Source: Vicugna vicugna (taxonomy: Eukaryota). Taken from it: 64,000 bases of DNA. Made by a program: the position numbers and the translations under genes. Location of the stretch: the NCBI GenBank assembly GCA_013265495.1, contig MU058844.1:2273520-2337519 (forward strand), read 5' to 3'. This document shows positions 24,430 to 38,760 of the stretch, piece by piece (position 1 is the first letter of the stretch; each line of letters starts with the position of its first letter). The notes beneath the pieces were generated by a model. The model did not search any database and was not told the origin of the DNA. It worked only from the letters and a program-made list of their open reading frames with translations.

Positions 24430-24540
24430 TTTTATATTACAGAACATAATTATTATAAATATTATATTATATAATATAAATATATAACATAAAATATATT
24501 ATATATAATATATATAACATTATATATATTATATAATAAC
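24430..24540. repeat. AT-rich low-complexity (TA/TAA) tract
   Basis: Nearly pure A/T degenerate tatata repeats. Confidence 0.85.
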
Positions 24541-26013
24541 GACTTTGCATAGTAGTTCCCTTTGGTGGCCATTATTTGTTGATTACCTATAAAGATGTTT
24601 AGGCTAGGATAACCTAAAAAGAGATGAGAATAATTTATATTTGCCTTACAAATGTTAATTATGCCTTCTACAGTAGATTAACTTCTTTTCTTTAAATTAT
24701 GTTTTTCTCTTTTCTTGGCAGGGGAGTGGTATCTTTAATCAACCCACATATAAAGCAGCAGGTAGGACTCTGGAGACCCTTCATTCATTCGCTTATCCAT
24801 TGTGCTTTGTTTCCCTCCTAAATGTTGGGCATTCGGTATATCCTAAGTGCTACAGATAACATCGAAGGGTTATCGTCAAAATATTTAACTACTGGTACTA
24901 TGCCTACCAATTAACCAGAACAGACACTGACCAAATAGTACCCTGGAAATGACTACATATAAAGCAGCCTCTGCTTCCAAGGAGCTTACCATTTACTGGG
25001 GAAGACTGAGGAATTAATAGCTAAACAGTATGACCAACTGATCTAATGAGGGTAAACACAAGACAATAAAACTTCTTCCTTCAAATAATCCATAAAGCTG
25101 TTTTCTCCCTATTTAAACTTTTGCCTACAGTATATAATTCTTGATACATTAAAAACTCACAATCCAGAAGCATCTAATTAACCCAAAATTGTTCATCTTC
25201 AGAACATATGATTTAACTCAAAATTATTTTTTAGGGATTTTTCGGAGAGAGTTAACTTTTGAAGGTAGCCACTTTTTTTTTTTTAAATAGGACGTACATT
25301 TCTCAAAGTTAGTAAATCATCCCTTTAAACCTACCTTAAAGATTTGTTGCTTTCTTTCAAGTTCCCATATTTATAATATAGCATGTAAAGATTACTACAT
25401 GAATCAAATTTCATATTGAATGTGCTTTCAGAAAACGTAGTGATTCCAAAACATCAGAAACTGAAGCAAAGAAAAATAGCCCATTTTCACCTCAATCAAC
25501 CAACTAAATTATCTCCCACTCCACTTGCTCTGATTTGGGACCTAGTCATAAATGCTCTGAAGCAAATGAGTTTAAGGAGAAAAAAAGTTTGTTCATTTCC
25601 AAGACTTAATTGAGATAGAAATCTTTGACATGTTAGGCTCGAACATTTTCAGGATTCTAATTAAAATCTGTGACTACTTTAAAATTAAAGAATTTTCCCC
25701 AAATGTAATTTTAATCCCTGTAATCAAATGTCAGGATATCTATTTTCTAAATATATTTCTAGATACAGAGGAAAAAGAAGTCAAGCCCTAATGCATAAGC
25801 AGAAGCTATATGCAGTTCTAAAGTTTAGGAATCAGTACAAAGTTAGGCATAAATACATATTCTAGGCCCACCAGTTAGCTGGGTTTCATAGGTGGCCTAC
25901 TACCTCATTTACTGAAATATGAGAACACCTTACATGTTTTTATTCTTAAATACGTCACCAGGAATTATGCAGCATGTGTGGTGCATTGCAGATGTTGATT
26001 TAACTCATAATTT

Positions 26014-26027
26014 CCCCTAGGTGGCGA
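26014..26027 (+). promoter_or_regulatory. CTCF-like motif, forward
   Basis: CCCCTAGGTGGCGA, two deviations from the strict core. Confidence 0.4.
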
Positions 26028-26131
26028 TCTTTTCAAAGAAGCGTTGCCTGAACCTCACCTAAAAGAATAGAGCTGGTGGCACCTAATATTTATACCTTAT
26101 TCTAGCTGATGGTTTCATCTCTATCGGGAGA

Positions 26132-26143
26132 ACACACACACAG

Positions 26144-26177
<34 letters not shown>

Positions 26178-26196
26178 ACACACACACACACACACA
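26132..26196. repeat. (CA)n microsatellite with two G interruptions
   Basis: Read directly. Interruptions at 26143 and 26173. Confidence 0.95.
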
Positions 26197-27619
26197 ACTT
26201 AAGGATACTATTGTTTCGAATTCTGTCTCCAAAATCTCACAAAATTGAGGAGATGAAGTGTTACCTACTTTAAATACACGTTTGAGAAAAAGACGTTTCA
26301 AAACATTAGTTTGCATTAAGCTGGGGTTTTAATTAACCCAGGAGGTGACTGAAACATTTCACTCAAATTTTAGTTTCTCGATTGTCTAAAACTCTTTTCT
26401 AAAATTCTGAGATTATTAATTAATGAAATGCTTCATTGATCTCTTCAGATTTTTTCTCACACTCTTTTGTGGGTATTTCACTTGTAAATGAGACAAAGTG
26501 GTAAGCAGGGCTAAGCCTACTGACATTTTAGACTCTTCCATAATATATTGAAAAACAGAGACAATAACATAGAAAAAGAGACTACATAAAATAAATGTAA
26601 AAAAAAGATATACAGTGAAAAATATTCTAAAATTCACGAAGATACAATCTTTTTTTTCTCTTCCCACATTCTTCTTACCCTGATAATCTTCTAAGACACT
26701 CACCTATTCACACTCAACTTTTGTGTGTGTGTGTGTATAAACTTAGCTTTCCTCTGCTTTGGAATTTCACCTTTCATTTTTGCTTTGTGTTTAAATTTTT
26801 CATTGTTCCATCTTAAGGTTTAACCTTCAAGAGATGTAGGGGTGGCAATGAAGCATGATTCCAGCATCTCTTTCCCTTCTAAATGCTGTCTCAGAATAAT
26901 TTGAAATATCCTATAATCCTCCAAAAGAACAAATGGATATAGAATTTAAGTACCAATTAACATTCATGTAGATATTTGCAAGGCAAGTTCACTTTATATA
27001 TTTTAACACTTTTAACAATCTTGGGCAGTCAGAAAAGCAGGAACTGTCACTACAGATAAACTTTGAAGAAATTAAGGTCTTTAATCAGGGTTAAAAACTG
27101 AGAAGCCAGCAATCAAAGCCTGTTCTTTTTCCTTTGTAGGTTCCACAGGTTTTGGCTATATCCAGCTCTTGGCAATGACACCCAAATTCTGTCCCCTCTG
27201 CCTTCCCTTGGCTGCCACCTGCCCACACATACTACAAGTTTACTGTTGTATCCCATGAGAGGAGCTGTTTCAAGTTTGAAGGGAAGTTTCTCTGGCTAAA
27301 TGGCCCCTGGATCGATCGAACGTCTCAGCTTTCTGCTTGGTACCCTGAGTGGAGGCCATCAGCAATAAAGGTGAGCTCTGGCTTTCAGTGCACTCACACT
27401 AAAACTTTTCCCTGAGTTTCCTTTGACTCTTTGACAGGGTAATTTCCATGTCTCTGGCCACTGCTCAAAATACAAAGTCCACCATCCCCTGATATCTCAG
27501 TTTATAATCCCTCCTCCCTTCTGCCCTGAAGACTCACTGATGTCCCCTCTCTCTCACCCCTCTTCTCATCATTGCCCTCCTATAATCTTTCCCTCGTTAC
27601 CTTCGGAAACGTCGGATCA

Positions 27620-28130
27620 TGACAAGCTACGTCACTTACATTTGCAGGGCCCACTGCAAATGTAAATGTAGGCCTCCTTGTGCAAAAGGCAGGGGGTGGG
27701 GAGCCTTTTTCTTTTCTTCTGGGATCTCTCTCTAAACCTATTCTCATGGTTTTTCTTATTACCAGTGTCATGCTCCCTCAGATAAGGGGCGAAGACAGAC
27801 TTGCACAGGAACCTGAGTCCTGCTCCGCAACTGTGAGTGTGGGGCTTGTATTCCTGATCCCCACCCCTTCCCACGCCTGCATCTAGGTCCCCTGGAGGTG
27901 GCAGCAGTCACTGGGCAGTGGGGTCAGGGCAGAGGGAGCAGGTGGCTTAGATCTTGCCCAGGGAGGCAAGACAACAGGTGATCTGAGGTTCTAAGCCCCC
28001 TGTGAGTTCTCTATTATCCCAATTTTATCAAAGATAAAATTGACAAGACTTTCAATGTGATAGTCACAGAGTACACAGTCCCTTCTGAGAGCAACGCCCT
28101 GTGTGAGGACACTAGGAGCACACACAGGAA
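27620..28130. mobile_element. MER45-like hAT-Tip100 remnant
   Basis: gggcccactgcaaatgtaaatgtaggcctccttgtgcaaaaggcagg at the left end and cccttctgagagcaacgccctgtgtga at the right end resemble MER45 termini as recalled. Confidence 0.5.
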
Positions 28131-30984
28131 ATCTGGTGGACCCTGCCGTGGCTTTGCCAGCATTCCCAACCTTTTCACAGACAGAGCCTTCTGTCCTCCT
28201 GAAATCTGGCTCCTCTGAGGAACTTGGCTTCCTTTGGAGCTTCTGGATCATGCATTGCTTATCCTTTCATGTTCATGGGATCTGGGGTGGGGGTAGGAGT
28301 CCTTAACTCCCAGCTCTGTAACACTGCCTCACTCATTAACCATTACTCTTCTAACTGACTGTAAACAAGGTGCACATCATGACCATAGCCCCTCTACACC
28401 TCTCTTCCTCTTCACCCATCAGCCTCCTGTGTGCTGCCCACCTTCCATCGATCATTGCACTGCCCCTAGAGCACAACCTTCCTCTCACCTCCTAAATCCT
28501 GCCACCCTCCTAGCTGTGTTAGAAACCCACACAACAATCCATATCTCACACATCATTGGCCTCAATCCCACTGGCCTTCAACTCCACCTAGTCACTTCCT
28601 TTCTTGTCCTATACTCAGTCTTGCCATAATTGAGAGCCATTAGACCAATGAAATCTTAAATTTTAACTTCCTGTACTTTGGCAAATTTCTCCTTATTCTA
28701 TTCTCTAACCCCTTACTCTCATAAAGAGTGACATTTTTTTTTTTTAGGGAAGAGTAACAGATTCTTTGGATGCAGTAGAAACAAGGTTTTGATTCTGTCT
28801 TGAGGGTTTTAAGATGACCCATACCAAATTGTCCTGTCTTACATTTCACAACTTTTGTAGTTGATGTTCTACTACTTTTGATAGTGTTATCCCATTTCCA
28901 ACAATTTTCTAGTCTCTCTCACACACACATGGACACACACACACACACACACACATTTCCATTCTGCAAATTTGGGGAAAGGGAACTCACTTTCCTCTCC
29001 ATTCTGCCAATTTGCATGTAGGCTCACAACACACTTTACTTTGATTCCACGAGACTCTCAGACCCTCCAACACTCATTTTTCTTTCACTCTGCCAAGTCC
29101 TTTCTGGCTTCACTTTAATCAGTATATCTAAATTTCATGATCTAGTACTTGAAATGCTTTCTTGAAAATATCCTCAAATCTTTTGTTTTTCTGTTGAATC
29201 AGCCCAGAAAATTGGTTGAACTTGAGGTCAACAAGGATCAAAAGTAGTACAAAACATTGCATGCTTCATATGTTTCCTCTTGGTTTTATCTAATCTTCAC
29301 AATGATCACATGAGGTGAATATAATTATCCCCCATTTATAGGTAAGGAAACTGAGGATCAATAATGTAGTCATGTTTTTTCTATAGTTGGAATCTGTGGT
29401 TCTCAAACTTTGGGTTGTGCAAATATCATCCAGAAGTCTTGTTAAGTAGGATGTCTGGGTCCCACCACAGAGGTTCTCATTTGGGAAAGTTTGCCTAGGG
29501 TATGGGAACCTATGTGTTTCATAAGCTTCTCCAGTGACTGACTGTGATGCTCACTTGGAGCTTCTATAACTGTCCTTTCTGCAGGTGTTTATTTGGATTT
29601 TTTTTGGTAGAAGAGAAACTTTCCAGGGGTGGATGGCAGTTTGGGAAGCCCCCATTTTTCCTTCTGGGCCTTGGCAATCCTTTTACTATTAACCTCTTGA
29701 GAGCAAAGTGAGATTAGAATGATCTCTGTCCAAAGTCAGAATAATCGGACATTGTGAAAAATAAATATCATACAATGAATAACATAAAGTCTAAAATATC
29801 AGCTCTCACTATCAATTATATGAAAAAAAGTTTTATTTAAATTATTGACTCAAGTTGAAAGTGCAGCATTAGTTATTAGCAAGTTGGCTGCTTTTTTCTT
29901 TTTTTTTTTTTTTACTGATTTTGAGCATTGTGACTTTAAACAATATTCAGCAGTATCCATAAATTGTTGCAATATTTCTAGTTTTGACCATGAGAAAGTA
30001 AAACACGTGGAGACATGCACTGACTTCACTGTATAATTATTCACATAGTAATTATGAGTTAGAGAAACATTATGAATATTATCATAATGAATTTTATATA
30101 AACATCCTACAAATAACCATGTCGTGATTTTATATCAATAGCAGAAACATCCAATAGTGTGTAATTTGTCTGTCTTATTAATAATATATGTGTAATAAAC
30201 AGTATTGCCTTTGAAAGTCTGGGATTCTACATGTCTTACAGGGGGAAGGAGTTTCATTCTTCCACCATCCCTATACTTGCATGTTAACCTGATTTCACTG
30301 CATTCATATTATTCAAAAGCCTCCAGTGTATCTGAAGAACCCCTGAAATGTTACATTCCATTCCTGCTTTTTCTCCTTATGTCAGTGGCTGCTTTATTAG
30401 ATGTAGACAGCTGGGATAGCATATGCTTCTTTAAAAGAAACCTTTAAAATTAAAGTTTGGAGAGCACACTTTTAAAATCCACCAAAAGCAGGGTGAATTT
30501 TGCTTCTTATGAGACTCATGAGATGCCTGGAAGGATTCAAACATCAACATGTGAGAAGCCTCCCCTGCACCTTCAGGTGCAGGGTAACAGTAGTTAAGTC
30601 CAGAGGTGCTTTAACTTTTGCCACAGTTTCATATGAATCATTTAAATAATGGCATCATATGTCTTCATTTATAAATCAAAATTAATAATGTTTGCTGTGT
30701 TACCTTAGAGTATATTTTTCAAGACAAGTGAGGTGATGAAACGTACAACATGATAAACGTGGGAGACAAGAGAGGGGAGAAGTGGTGTTTATTAGGCATT
30801 TGTTGTGTTCTAGGCATTATGTCAAGCACAACACAGATATATTTTTTTATTTAATTCTTACAATCTGTCAGTAGAGTAGACACATTGTCCCATATTTTAA
30901 GGAAAGGATACTAAGGCTCTAAGAAATTAAGCCTGCTTAAGGCCAAGGGGTGAGTTGTGGAGCTTTGATGAGAAAACTCTTTCG

Positions 30985-31520
30985 GTTTCACCTTTCAGAC
31001 GCATCAGGAATCCACCCACTTCTTCCCGCCTTCGCCCTCACCGCTGTGGTGCAGGCTATCACCGCTTCTTGTCTGGAGGGCTGCTGCAGCTTAGCTCTTA
31101 TTCTATTTTTATCTTTGTCTCCCTACAGTCTGTTCCTAACACATAAGACGGAGCCTTTTAAAATTTGTCAGATCATTCACACCTCTGCTCAAAATCCTCA
31201 AATAACTTCCAAACTCATTCAAAATAAATGCCAAAGTCCTTAATGAGTCACAGAGCTCCTGCATTATCTGGGCTCCAATATCCTATTATTATTTCTTTGG
31301 CATTGATCTCTTACCATTCTGTTGTTTGCAGGCTGTGATTGGGTCACAGTGACCAGCTGCACCCATTCCCCTCACCTTGAGGAGGTGAGGAACATCCTCA
31401 AACATTACATTCATTCTCCTACTTGGGCCTCTTGCACAAAACTGTTTTCTCCAACACAAATGCTCTTTCCCTAACTATTCTTGTGGATCTCCTCGTTTCT
31501 TTCTAACCTTTGTGCAAATG
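30985..31520 (+). mobile_element. L2 remnant
   Basis: caggaatccacccacttctt...gtcagatcattcacacctctgctcaaaatcctc...aaatgccaaagtcctt, typical of the L2 body. Confidence 0.65.
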
Positions 31521-31546
31521 TCTCAAAAGCTTAAGGAAGCTTTATG

Positions 31547-31840
31547 GGTGCCTTGGGGCCATTTTAACAAGTGACTCCACCAATGCAAAGCCTAAGAATA
31601 CAAAAACACGAGTCACTAAATAGACTTTGAAAACGCTACATGTTTACACTATGCAAGTGAAATAAGCAGACAGAGGAGTTGCCTTGTTTGACCTCAGCTG
31701 GGAATGTGCAGGTTGGGTGACTAAATTCTTCATCCCTCTGCACATGTCTAGATAAGAATATTGATTTGGGAGTTTCAGATAAATGTTAGCATGTAGGACA
31801 ATTCACAAATATGGACTCTGCAAATAATGATGTTCAGCTG
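31547..31840 (-). mobile_element. MER82-like (Tigger-derived) element, copy 1
   Basis: Reverse complement reads cagctgaacatcattatttgcagagtccatatttgtgaatt...ttcccagctgaggtcaaacaaggcaac. Confidence 0.7.
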
Positions 31841-33729
31841 CACTTAGGACGATTCAACCACCAGACAGCCTCATACCCAACCCTCATCCTTAAACTCCCT
31901 CTCCCCTACTTTATTATTTTTTTTTCTTACAACATGTCACCATCTGCCATAGGGAAAAAGTATTATTTTGACAGTATCTCTCATTTATTTCTCTCATTTC
32001 TCTCACTGATAAGCTTCATGAGAGTAGGTACACTTATGTGTCTTTATACTGTTGTGTCTCAGTCCTCATCCACAGGAGAGATCATCATAATACCTTTCTC
32101 AGAGAATTTTTGTTAGTATTAAATGAGATAATTCATGTAGATCCCATCCTAGTGCTTGGAGCATTTAAGCTCTTCATAGATGCTATAAAAATATTACTGT
32201 CACTACGTATGCAAGACATGTAGTCAACTTTTTAAATCAAGAGTTCTTTCTGTAGCTTGGTTTAAATCTATTACCAAGTGAGAATAAGAAAAGGAAATAA
32301 ATTCCTTTATCTCCCCTAGGAAAATATATGTGAGAGAGAAAGTGAGAAATATGAAAACAGTCATGATGGACACAGGTTAAACAGATTAAATACACAGCCT
32401 TCTAGACCAGAAAAGTAATATACCAGTGAAGGTTATAACGCTGTTAGAGTGGTAAAATGGGCAATACGTCCAGCCCTCTGTTCCTAGGCTGGACTTAGTT
32501 CAGTCACTCAAAGCAGGCTGCCATCAAAATGATTCTAATAAGATACGTATGAATGAATATTTCAAGATCGTTTGCTGAAGTTTTTTCCAGTGTTTAATCA
32601 TTGGATCATCAGATTCTCCTTCAAATAACTTTTAATCTGTTTCTAGAATTTTAATCTGTTTTACCCAGTTTGGGCTAGTATACTAATGCAGGACCACTAA
32701 TCTCTGTCCTTTGAGTCTCAACTTGAGTACTTTAATTAAGCAATGAGTTATTTACTGAGCCTTGTGCCAAGTACAGGGCTGGGCTTAATAACCAGTTCTA
32801 ATTCATGATCCTCTTTGCTGTTCTCTGACCTCCTTGGAGTCCCTAGAGTCCCTTTCATCTTTCCTAATGGTCTCATTTTCATTTTTGTTGATCTTCTTTG
32901 AATGAGCTCCAATTTCTGTACAACTCTCATAAATACTTCAGGAAAGCCTTGATTATTGCCAAATATGGTAGAAAGATTACAACTCATGATAAGCTTGCCA
33001 TATTCCTATTAATATATACTCCAGCATAAAGTTAGCTTTTTAAATAATTGCTTGACGCTGCTGAACCATCAATTTGTGTATACAACGAGCATTAAGCCAT
33101 TTTCCGCCAGCACACGAAGTCTTTCTTAAATCAATTGTTTTCTGTTCCTTACCGTACTACCTTTTATTCGGTCCTAGTCTTTTAATGTTTTTTTCTACAT
33201 ATTCAAGTTACATTCTTATCCTTTTTAAAATTAGCAATTCTTCCTACACCCTTCCTAGTTCAGTTCAATTCACCACAATATTTGGCATCCATGATGTACC
33301 AGGCATTGTGCTTGATAGTAGGGTACAAAAATAGGGTAAATATGAGCCTTACTAAGAAGTTTTCCAGATAGAGGTGACAGAAATGTATTAAATTCCACAT
33401 GCCAAGGTAGAGGAATTCATACATTCAGAAGGAGATCACTTGGTAGGCCTCCTAGTGGAGATGACGTTAACTTGAGCTGTAGTGACTGAATGGGAATTAG
33501 TAATGAAGAAGGCAGTACAGTATTCCAGGCAGAGGGAACTACATAATTAAACATTTACAGGCTTGTAACACTGAGTATTTGTGGCAACTATAAACAGCTT
33601 CTTACCACTACCATAAAACGCAAGCTGAGGGATGGTGAGAAACTTAATAAACATCATTTCAACTTCACAAAAGAACTAATAGAAGATTATATCATCTTTG
33701 GCTGTCTGGTGGTTGAATCGTCCTTAGTA

Positions 33730-34110
33730 CAGTTGAAACTCATTTATTTGCAGAGTCCAAATTTGTGAATTTACCCACATGCTAAAATTTATCTGAAACC
33801 TCCAAGTCAATACTCTTACTTAGACATGTGCAGAGTGGTGAAGAGTTTAAGTCACTCAATCTGCTCATTCCCAGCTGAGGTCAAACAAGGCAACTCCTCT
33901 GTCTTCATATTTCACTTTCATAGTGTAAACACGTATCCTTTTCAAGGTCAATTTAGTGCCATGTGTTTTTGCATTGTTGTGCTTTGTGTTGGTTTTGCTT
34001 CTTAAAATGGCCCCAAAGCATAGTGCTGTAGTGCTGTCTAGAGCCCCTAGAGTGACAGAAGTCTGTGATGTGCTTTATGGAGAAGACAGGTGTTAACAAG
34101 CTTCACAACT
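33730..34110 (+). mobile_element. MER82-like (Tigger-derived) element, copy 2
   Basis: TA then cagttgaaactcatttatttgcagagtccaaatttgtgaatt...ttcccagctgaggtcaaacaaggcaac...aaaatggccccaaagcatagtgctg. Confidence 0.7.
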
Positions 34111-37100
34111 GATAAGCTCACAATAAGTGAGCTCTATCTCCAAACAGAATCATGGTAGTGCCTGAACTTCTATGTGTCCTCAACAGGAAGGGTAGCTGTA
34201 GCTATTTCATTTCATAATTCAACTGCACTGACACTGTCCCCAAGACTTGCCTAAACTTGACTGTCACCACCAGTGAAATCCTGGAGTAAACTGTATTATC
34301 TGCACTGGATCTGTGCTGACCACATTCAATTCTACCAAACTGGACATGCACTGCATTTGCAGACATTCCATGGGTCTTTCTTGAAAATGAATATACTGTT
34401 GGTGATACTGCTGATGAAAACCAGAAAGATGCCTGAGCAAATCTTTCACATTCATCTCAAATGAAACAGCTGCACCGAGGCTAGGAAAACACATTCTTTG
34501 AGGGTATGTATGTTCAATATGATTAAATAAATCTGATGCTTAGTGAACTACTCCTGCCTGTGTGACTGTGTGAGCATTAATTATGGACAACGTAGACTCT
34601 GCCCACAAGAAGTTTATGATCTAGCGAATTTTTGAGGATAAGACAATTATTTACTATAATGTACATGAAAGAGGCATAAAGAAAAGGGATTAATGGGCTT
34701 CTATGGAGTTTTACTGGTGATCAAGACATATTTGGAAATGGGGAAAAGGATTTTGGAAAGAAGTTTCATAAGGGAGATGATGTTCACACTGAGCTTGGAA
34801 AGAACAGGTCCAAAGTCTGAAAAACGAGGTACATTAAGAAAGCATCTACTATGCTTTGAGTATAAACTTTGTGAATATAAGAAACAGGTAATATGACTAG
34901 GAAACCAGGCTATGTGCTCTTAAATGCAATTGGAGGTTTCTGAGCAGAGGAGTAACATAAGGAGCATCCACTCTGGGAAGTTTCATCCAACAGCACCTTG
35001 CTGGAGACGGCACACGGAGCAGGTAAGGGGATTGGGATATAGTTCCTGGGAGATTTTGAGGTCTATGAAAGGATTGTGGCAGGAGAAATGGAGAGGACAG
35101 ACATGTGAAACTCTGCAGAGGTTTTGTACACAGGAAGCTAAGCCTTACAGTCTAAGTTACTAGCAGAGCATGTGAGACATTCATGGTCCTAAGAAATTCA
35201 GGAGAAGCAACCAACTGAATTCCTTTTCCTGCAAGATAGATGTGCCAACAGACATTTACTTGGAAATGTAAGAGTGGGAAGTTGGTAAATTGGGTATGAT
35301 CATGAAAGAAATTGGAATAGGGTTGATTTGGAAGGTAGCTCCTTTAAAAAAAAAAAAACCTCAAGTTCTATAAAGTAAAAATACTTGCCCTATAAAGTGA
35401 AAGCCATCAACATATGATATAAATGTAGAATCATATATATTAAATACATAGCATATATATATTACTATATGTTTTCAGATGTGCTCTTTTATTGAATCCT
35501 CAGCATAATTCTGTGGGTCAGTTGTTACATAATGAAAAAGAGAAGAAGTAGCCTTTTATTTAGTAATCAGGGGGAAAAAGTAAATACCCTTCCCCACCAA
35601 AAAAAAAAAAAAAAAGAGAGAGAAGGATGAGAATGAAACTGGAGGGTGGTGAAATGGCTTTTAAAAGTCAACGACCTTTCCTTGCTTTTGTCTTAGTCCA
35701 GGTGCCTATTACTTCTTATCTGCATTGTTAGGAAAGGATTCTTATTGGTTTTCCTTCCTTTCAGTTTATCTATGCTCCACTCATCTGCCAGACTGATCTT
35801 TAAAATTTCGGCTATAATCGTTTGCCCCTCTGCTTAAACACCTCAAGTGGCTCTTGCTTTTTTATTTACATTAAAGTCCCCTTGTCTCATTCCCACCTCC
35901 CTTGGCTGTAAGCTCACTTTGGGGTACTCAGCATCTCCCAGACCCAGCCATGTATGTTTAGATCTATGAACTTTTTCTGGTTTTGCTATTTCTGCCCACA
36001 AACCTACATCCTCCCAAATACTCTTAGCAAAATCTTACTTAGCCTACAAGTGCCCAATCAAAGGTAATACACTAATACCATTTTTCTGATTTCCATACCC
36101 TAAAGAAATGTTTAGTTCTGTGTTGCCCAAGTAGCCAGATTAAGCTGATGTTGAATTAACAGCTTCAGTTACATCTCTGTGCTCATGAAAGCCTGCCAGG
36201 ACTGATTCCTTCGAGGGTACTGAATAAAACCAGATGTGGGATAACTCTAGGTTTGTCTGTTTGTTTTCAGCAAAAGTATTAGGACACTTGCAAATCTGAA
36301 GCCATACCTATGTTAATATCATCAGAGCAGATTTAATTGAAACTGGTGCTGGGTGTATATGAAATCAAAGTGCAGCCAGTATTCTTTGCATTTTATACAA
36401 TATAGACCTGCTCAGACATGAGGAGGGTCAGGATGAATGGCAACTTCAGCAAATATTTGCTGCAAACCATGGTCTGCTTGAATGTCTGTCTACTGTGGAA
36501 AAGATTATACAGTCTTTTCCACAGACTTTCTTCATTACATACACACAGTCAGATTATGAACATTGTCCATAAGGTTATATTTGAATTTCAGTAACAACCG
36601 AATATGACTTCATAAAAGAATAAAAATGTTTACTTTGATTCCTTTGGGACATGACTCAAAAGGCAAATTTCAGAAGCCCAAATTGAACTTCTAAATATTA
36701 CTCAATGGGTGGGATCCTAAAATCAGTAGGATAACTGCCTATGAATTGAATTCTCTAAACTGATGAAAAATTGCTACATTAGTAAAGACACAGCAGAGGC
36801 AAGAAAAATTTTCAGAGTTTCAAACCATTAAAATTAATTTGACTTTTGTCGTTTTAAAATTTATATGAGATTCAACATATAACATCTCACATCAGAGTCA
36901 ACATGACTTTTCAGGCTCTACTATCAAGCAAGAGTTTTGTGTGTGCTAACTAAATTGCAATGAAAATATGCATTAAAATGGTTAAGCTACTGAAGATAAC
37001 TTGCACGTTGCACTTTCTAAGAAGTTTTCCCAGATAGTTTTTGTGGTTGTTACGGAACTGGGAAATATTAAAAAATGTGATGTTTGGGGAAATAAACTTT

Positions 37101-38760
37101 CGAAAAAACAAGCTAATTAAAATATTAGTGAACACTGAAGAAATTTTGGTAAGCATTAGGAAAAGATCACAACTTTAGACCGTAATAGAAATTCTATTTC
37201 ATTTTTTGTTCTTGCCAGTATTCAAACCGTCCCACCTTTTGCTCTGTTAAAAAAATGTTTCGAGTCAACCCCATGGTAACTATGGCTTTTGTCTCATACA
37301 TCTCATATATCTCAATTCTTTTGTCATTTCTGTTATGAAGATAAGCAACACCAGTTGTAACCTTGCTATTTACTTAAGCCATTCTGCAGTGAATCATCTC
37401 ACTTTATTCCTTTTCTCCCCTCTCCTTTATGGATAAAATAAATCAATCCTCCCAAAACTTCTTTTTAAAGCCCTTTCCTTTATCATCGTTATCTATTCTG
37501 CAGATAGATTAAATATTCTATATGCCATGCCCTTATTTTTTATCACCAAACTGGAGAGTCTTTCTCTTTGCTTCTTATTGCCATTTTTAAAGACATTGAA
37601 AGTGCCACATTAAATAAATACACATACACACACACAGGCCCAACACATCTTTTGTATTATACTTTTAGAATCACTGTTGCTACCACCCACCCCTCTACCC
37701 GGTTTATATGTTTCTCCTTCATCCTGTTCATTGCATCATTTTTATCCATTTTAGCACCTAAGTTCCTTAAGACTGATTAACCCCACAGAACTGCCGTGGC
37801 TCATCATACTGGAAATAACTATTAAAAGGTGTTGTATCTTCTCTGAAATCCCCACCTCTGTACCTTCAACCACATGTTACTTTCAACTTTATACTCCCAT
37901 TCAGCTACTTTGGAGTCAAATCAGCAAAAATATAAATAAAGCATTTAAAACCATAGGATAACAGTGGTTTCTGTAGCAGTAACCTCTTTCCTCTTCTGAA
38001 CTTTTGGCTCAGTTACTTCTGTCCTAACTCAGTTAATGCCTCCACCTTTCTGAAACTTTTCAAGTCATCTATGTCAATTCACAATGAAAATTCCTTCCTA
38101 GTAACCAATGCCTAAGTTTCCTTAACAAGCTCACCGAGTAATCCTTAGGCAAAAATCCAAAACCATGAAGAATTAAACAATGACAGATTCTTACTTTCCA
38201 TTTTCAACTGGCCTTTGCCACTGCCTGGTACTCTTTTTATTCATATCTTAATTCTGCAGTGAATTACCCATACTTGCCATTCTCTGTCTGCTAAAATGTT
38301 ACTGGAAGTCCTTATCATGATGCCTTCAATACTTATAGTTGACATTTAGATTTATTTTATAGAGTTGAGGTTATTTGTCATAAATAATCCACACTAGGGC
38401 TTGGGGTGCCACTGCATGGAACTGAAGGAAGCTAGGACTGGAAAATGATGCATACCAGAAGATTCTAACACATGATCAGTGTACAAAAAGGGTCATAACT
38501 GGAGTGAAGTCCATAAAGGCAAAGAGCTTGAGAACTTTCCATTTGGGGAACAAGAGAATATAGTATTCTAGGCTATCAGTAAAAGGAAGGAGGTTTAGGA
38601 ATGTAAAATAGATCCTCCTTGAGAGAATTAGTGAGAATCTGAAAAGCCATAGCATAGGATCTAAAATACAGGCTAGGAATATGGGATAGGGACCAAAAAG
38701 AAGAACTTTCAGGACTCAGCTCAAAAGAAAGTGGGAGTATTACTGAGAACAGCCTGAGCA

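Noticed and set aside
27636..27665. 12-bp-arm hairpin TTACATTTGCAG / CTGCAAATGTAA
   Set aside because: Falls in the end of a MER45-like transposon remnant and is too short for a miRNA precursor.
27891..27904. CTCF-like CCTGGAGGTGGCAG
   Set aside because: Weaker match, located inside a probable transposon remnant.
34260..34510. Exon-like stretch ending in a donor-like GTATGT
   Set aside because: All forward frames contain stops and nothing is recognisable. A lncRNA exon cannot be supported from sequence alone.
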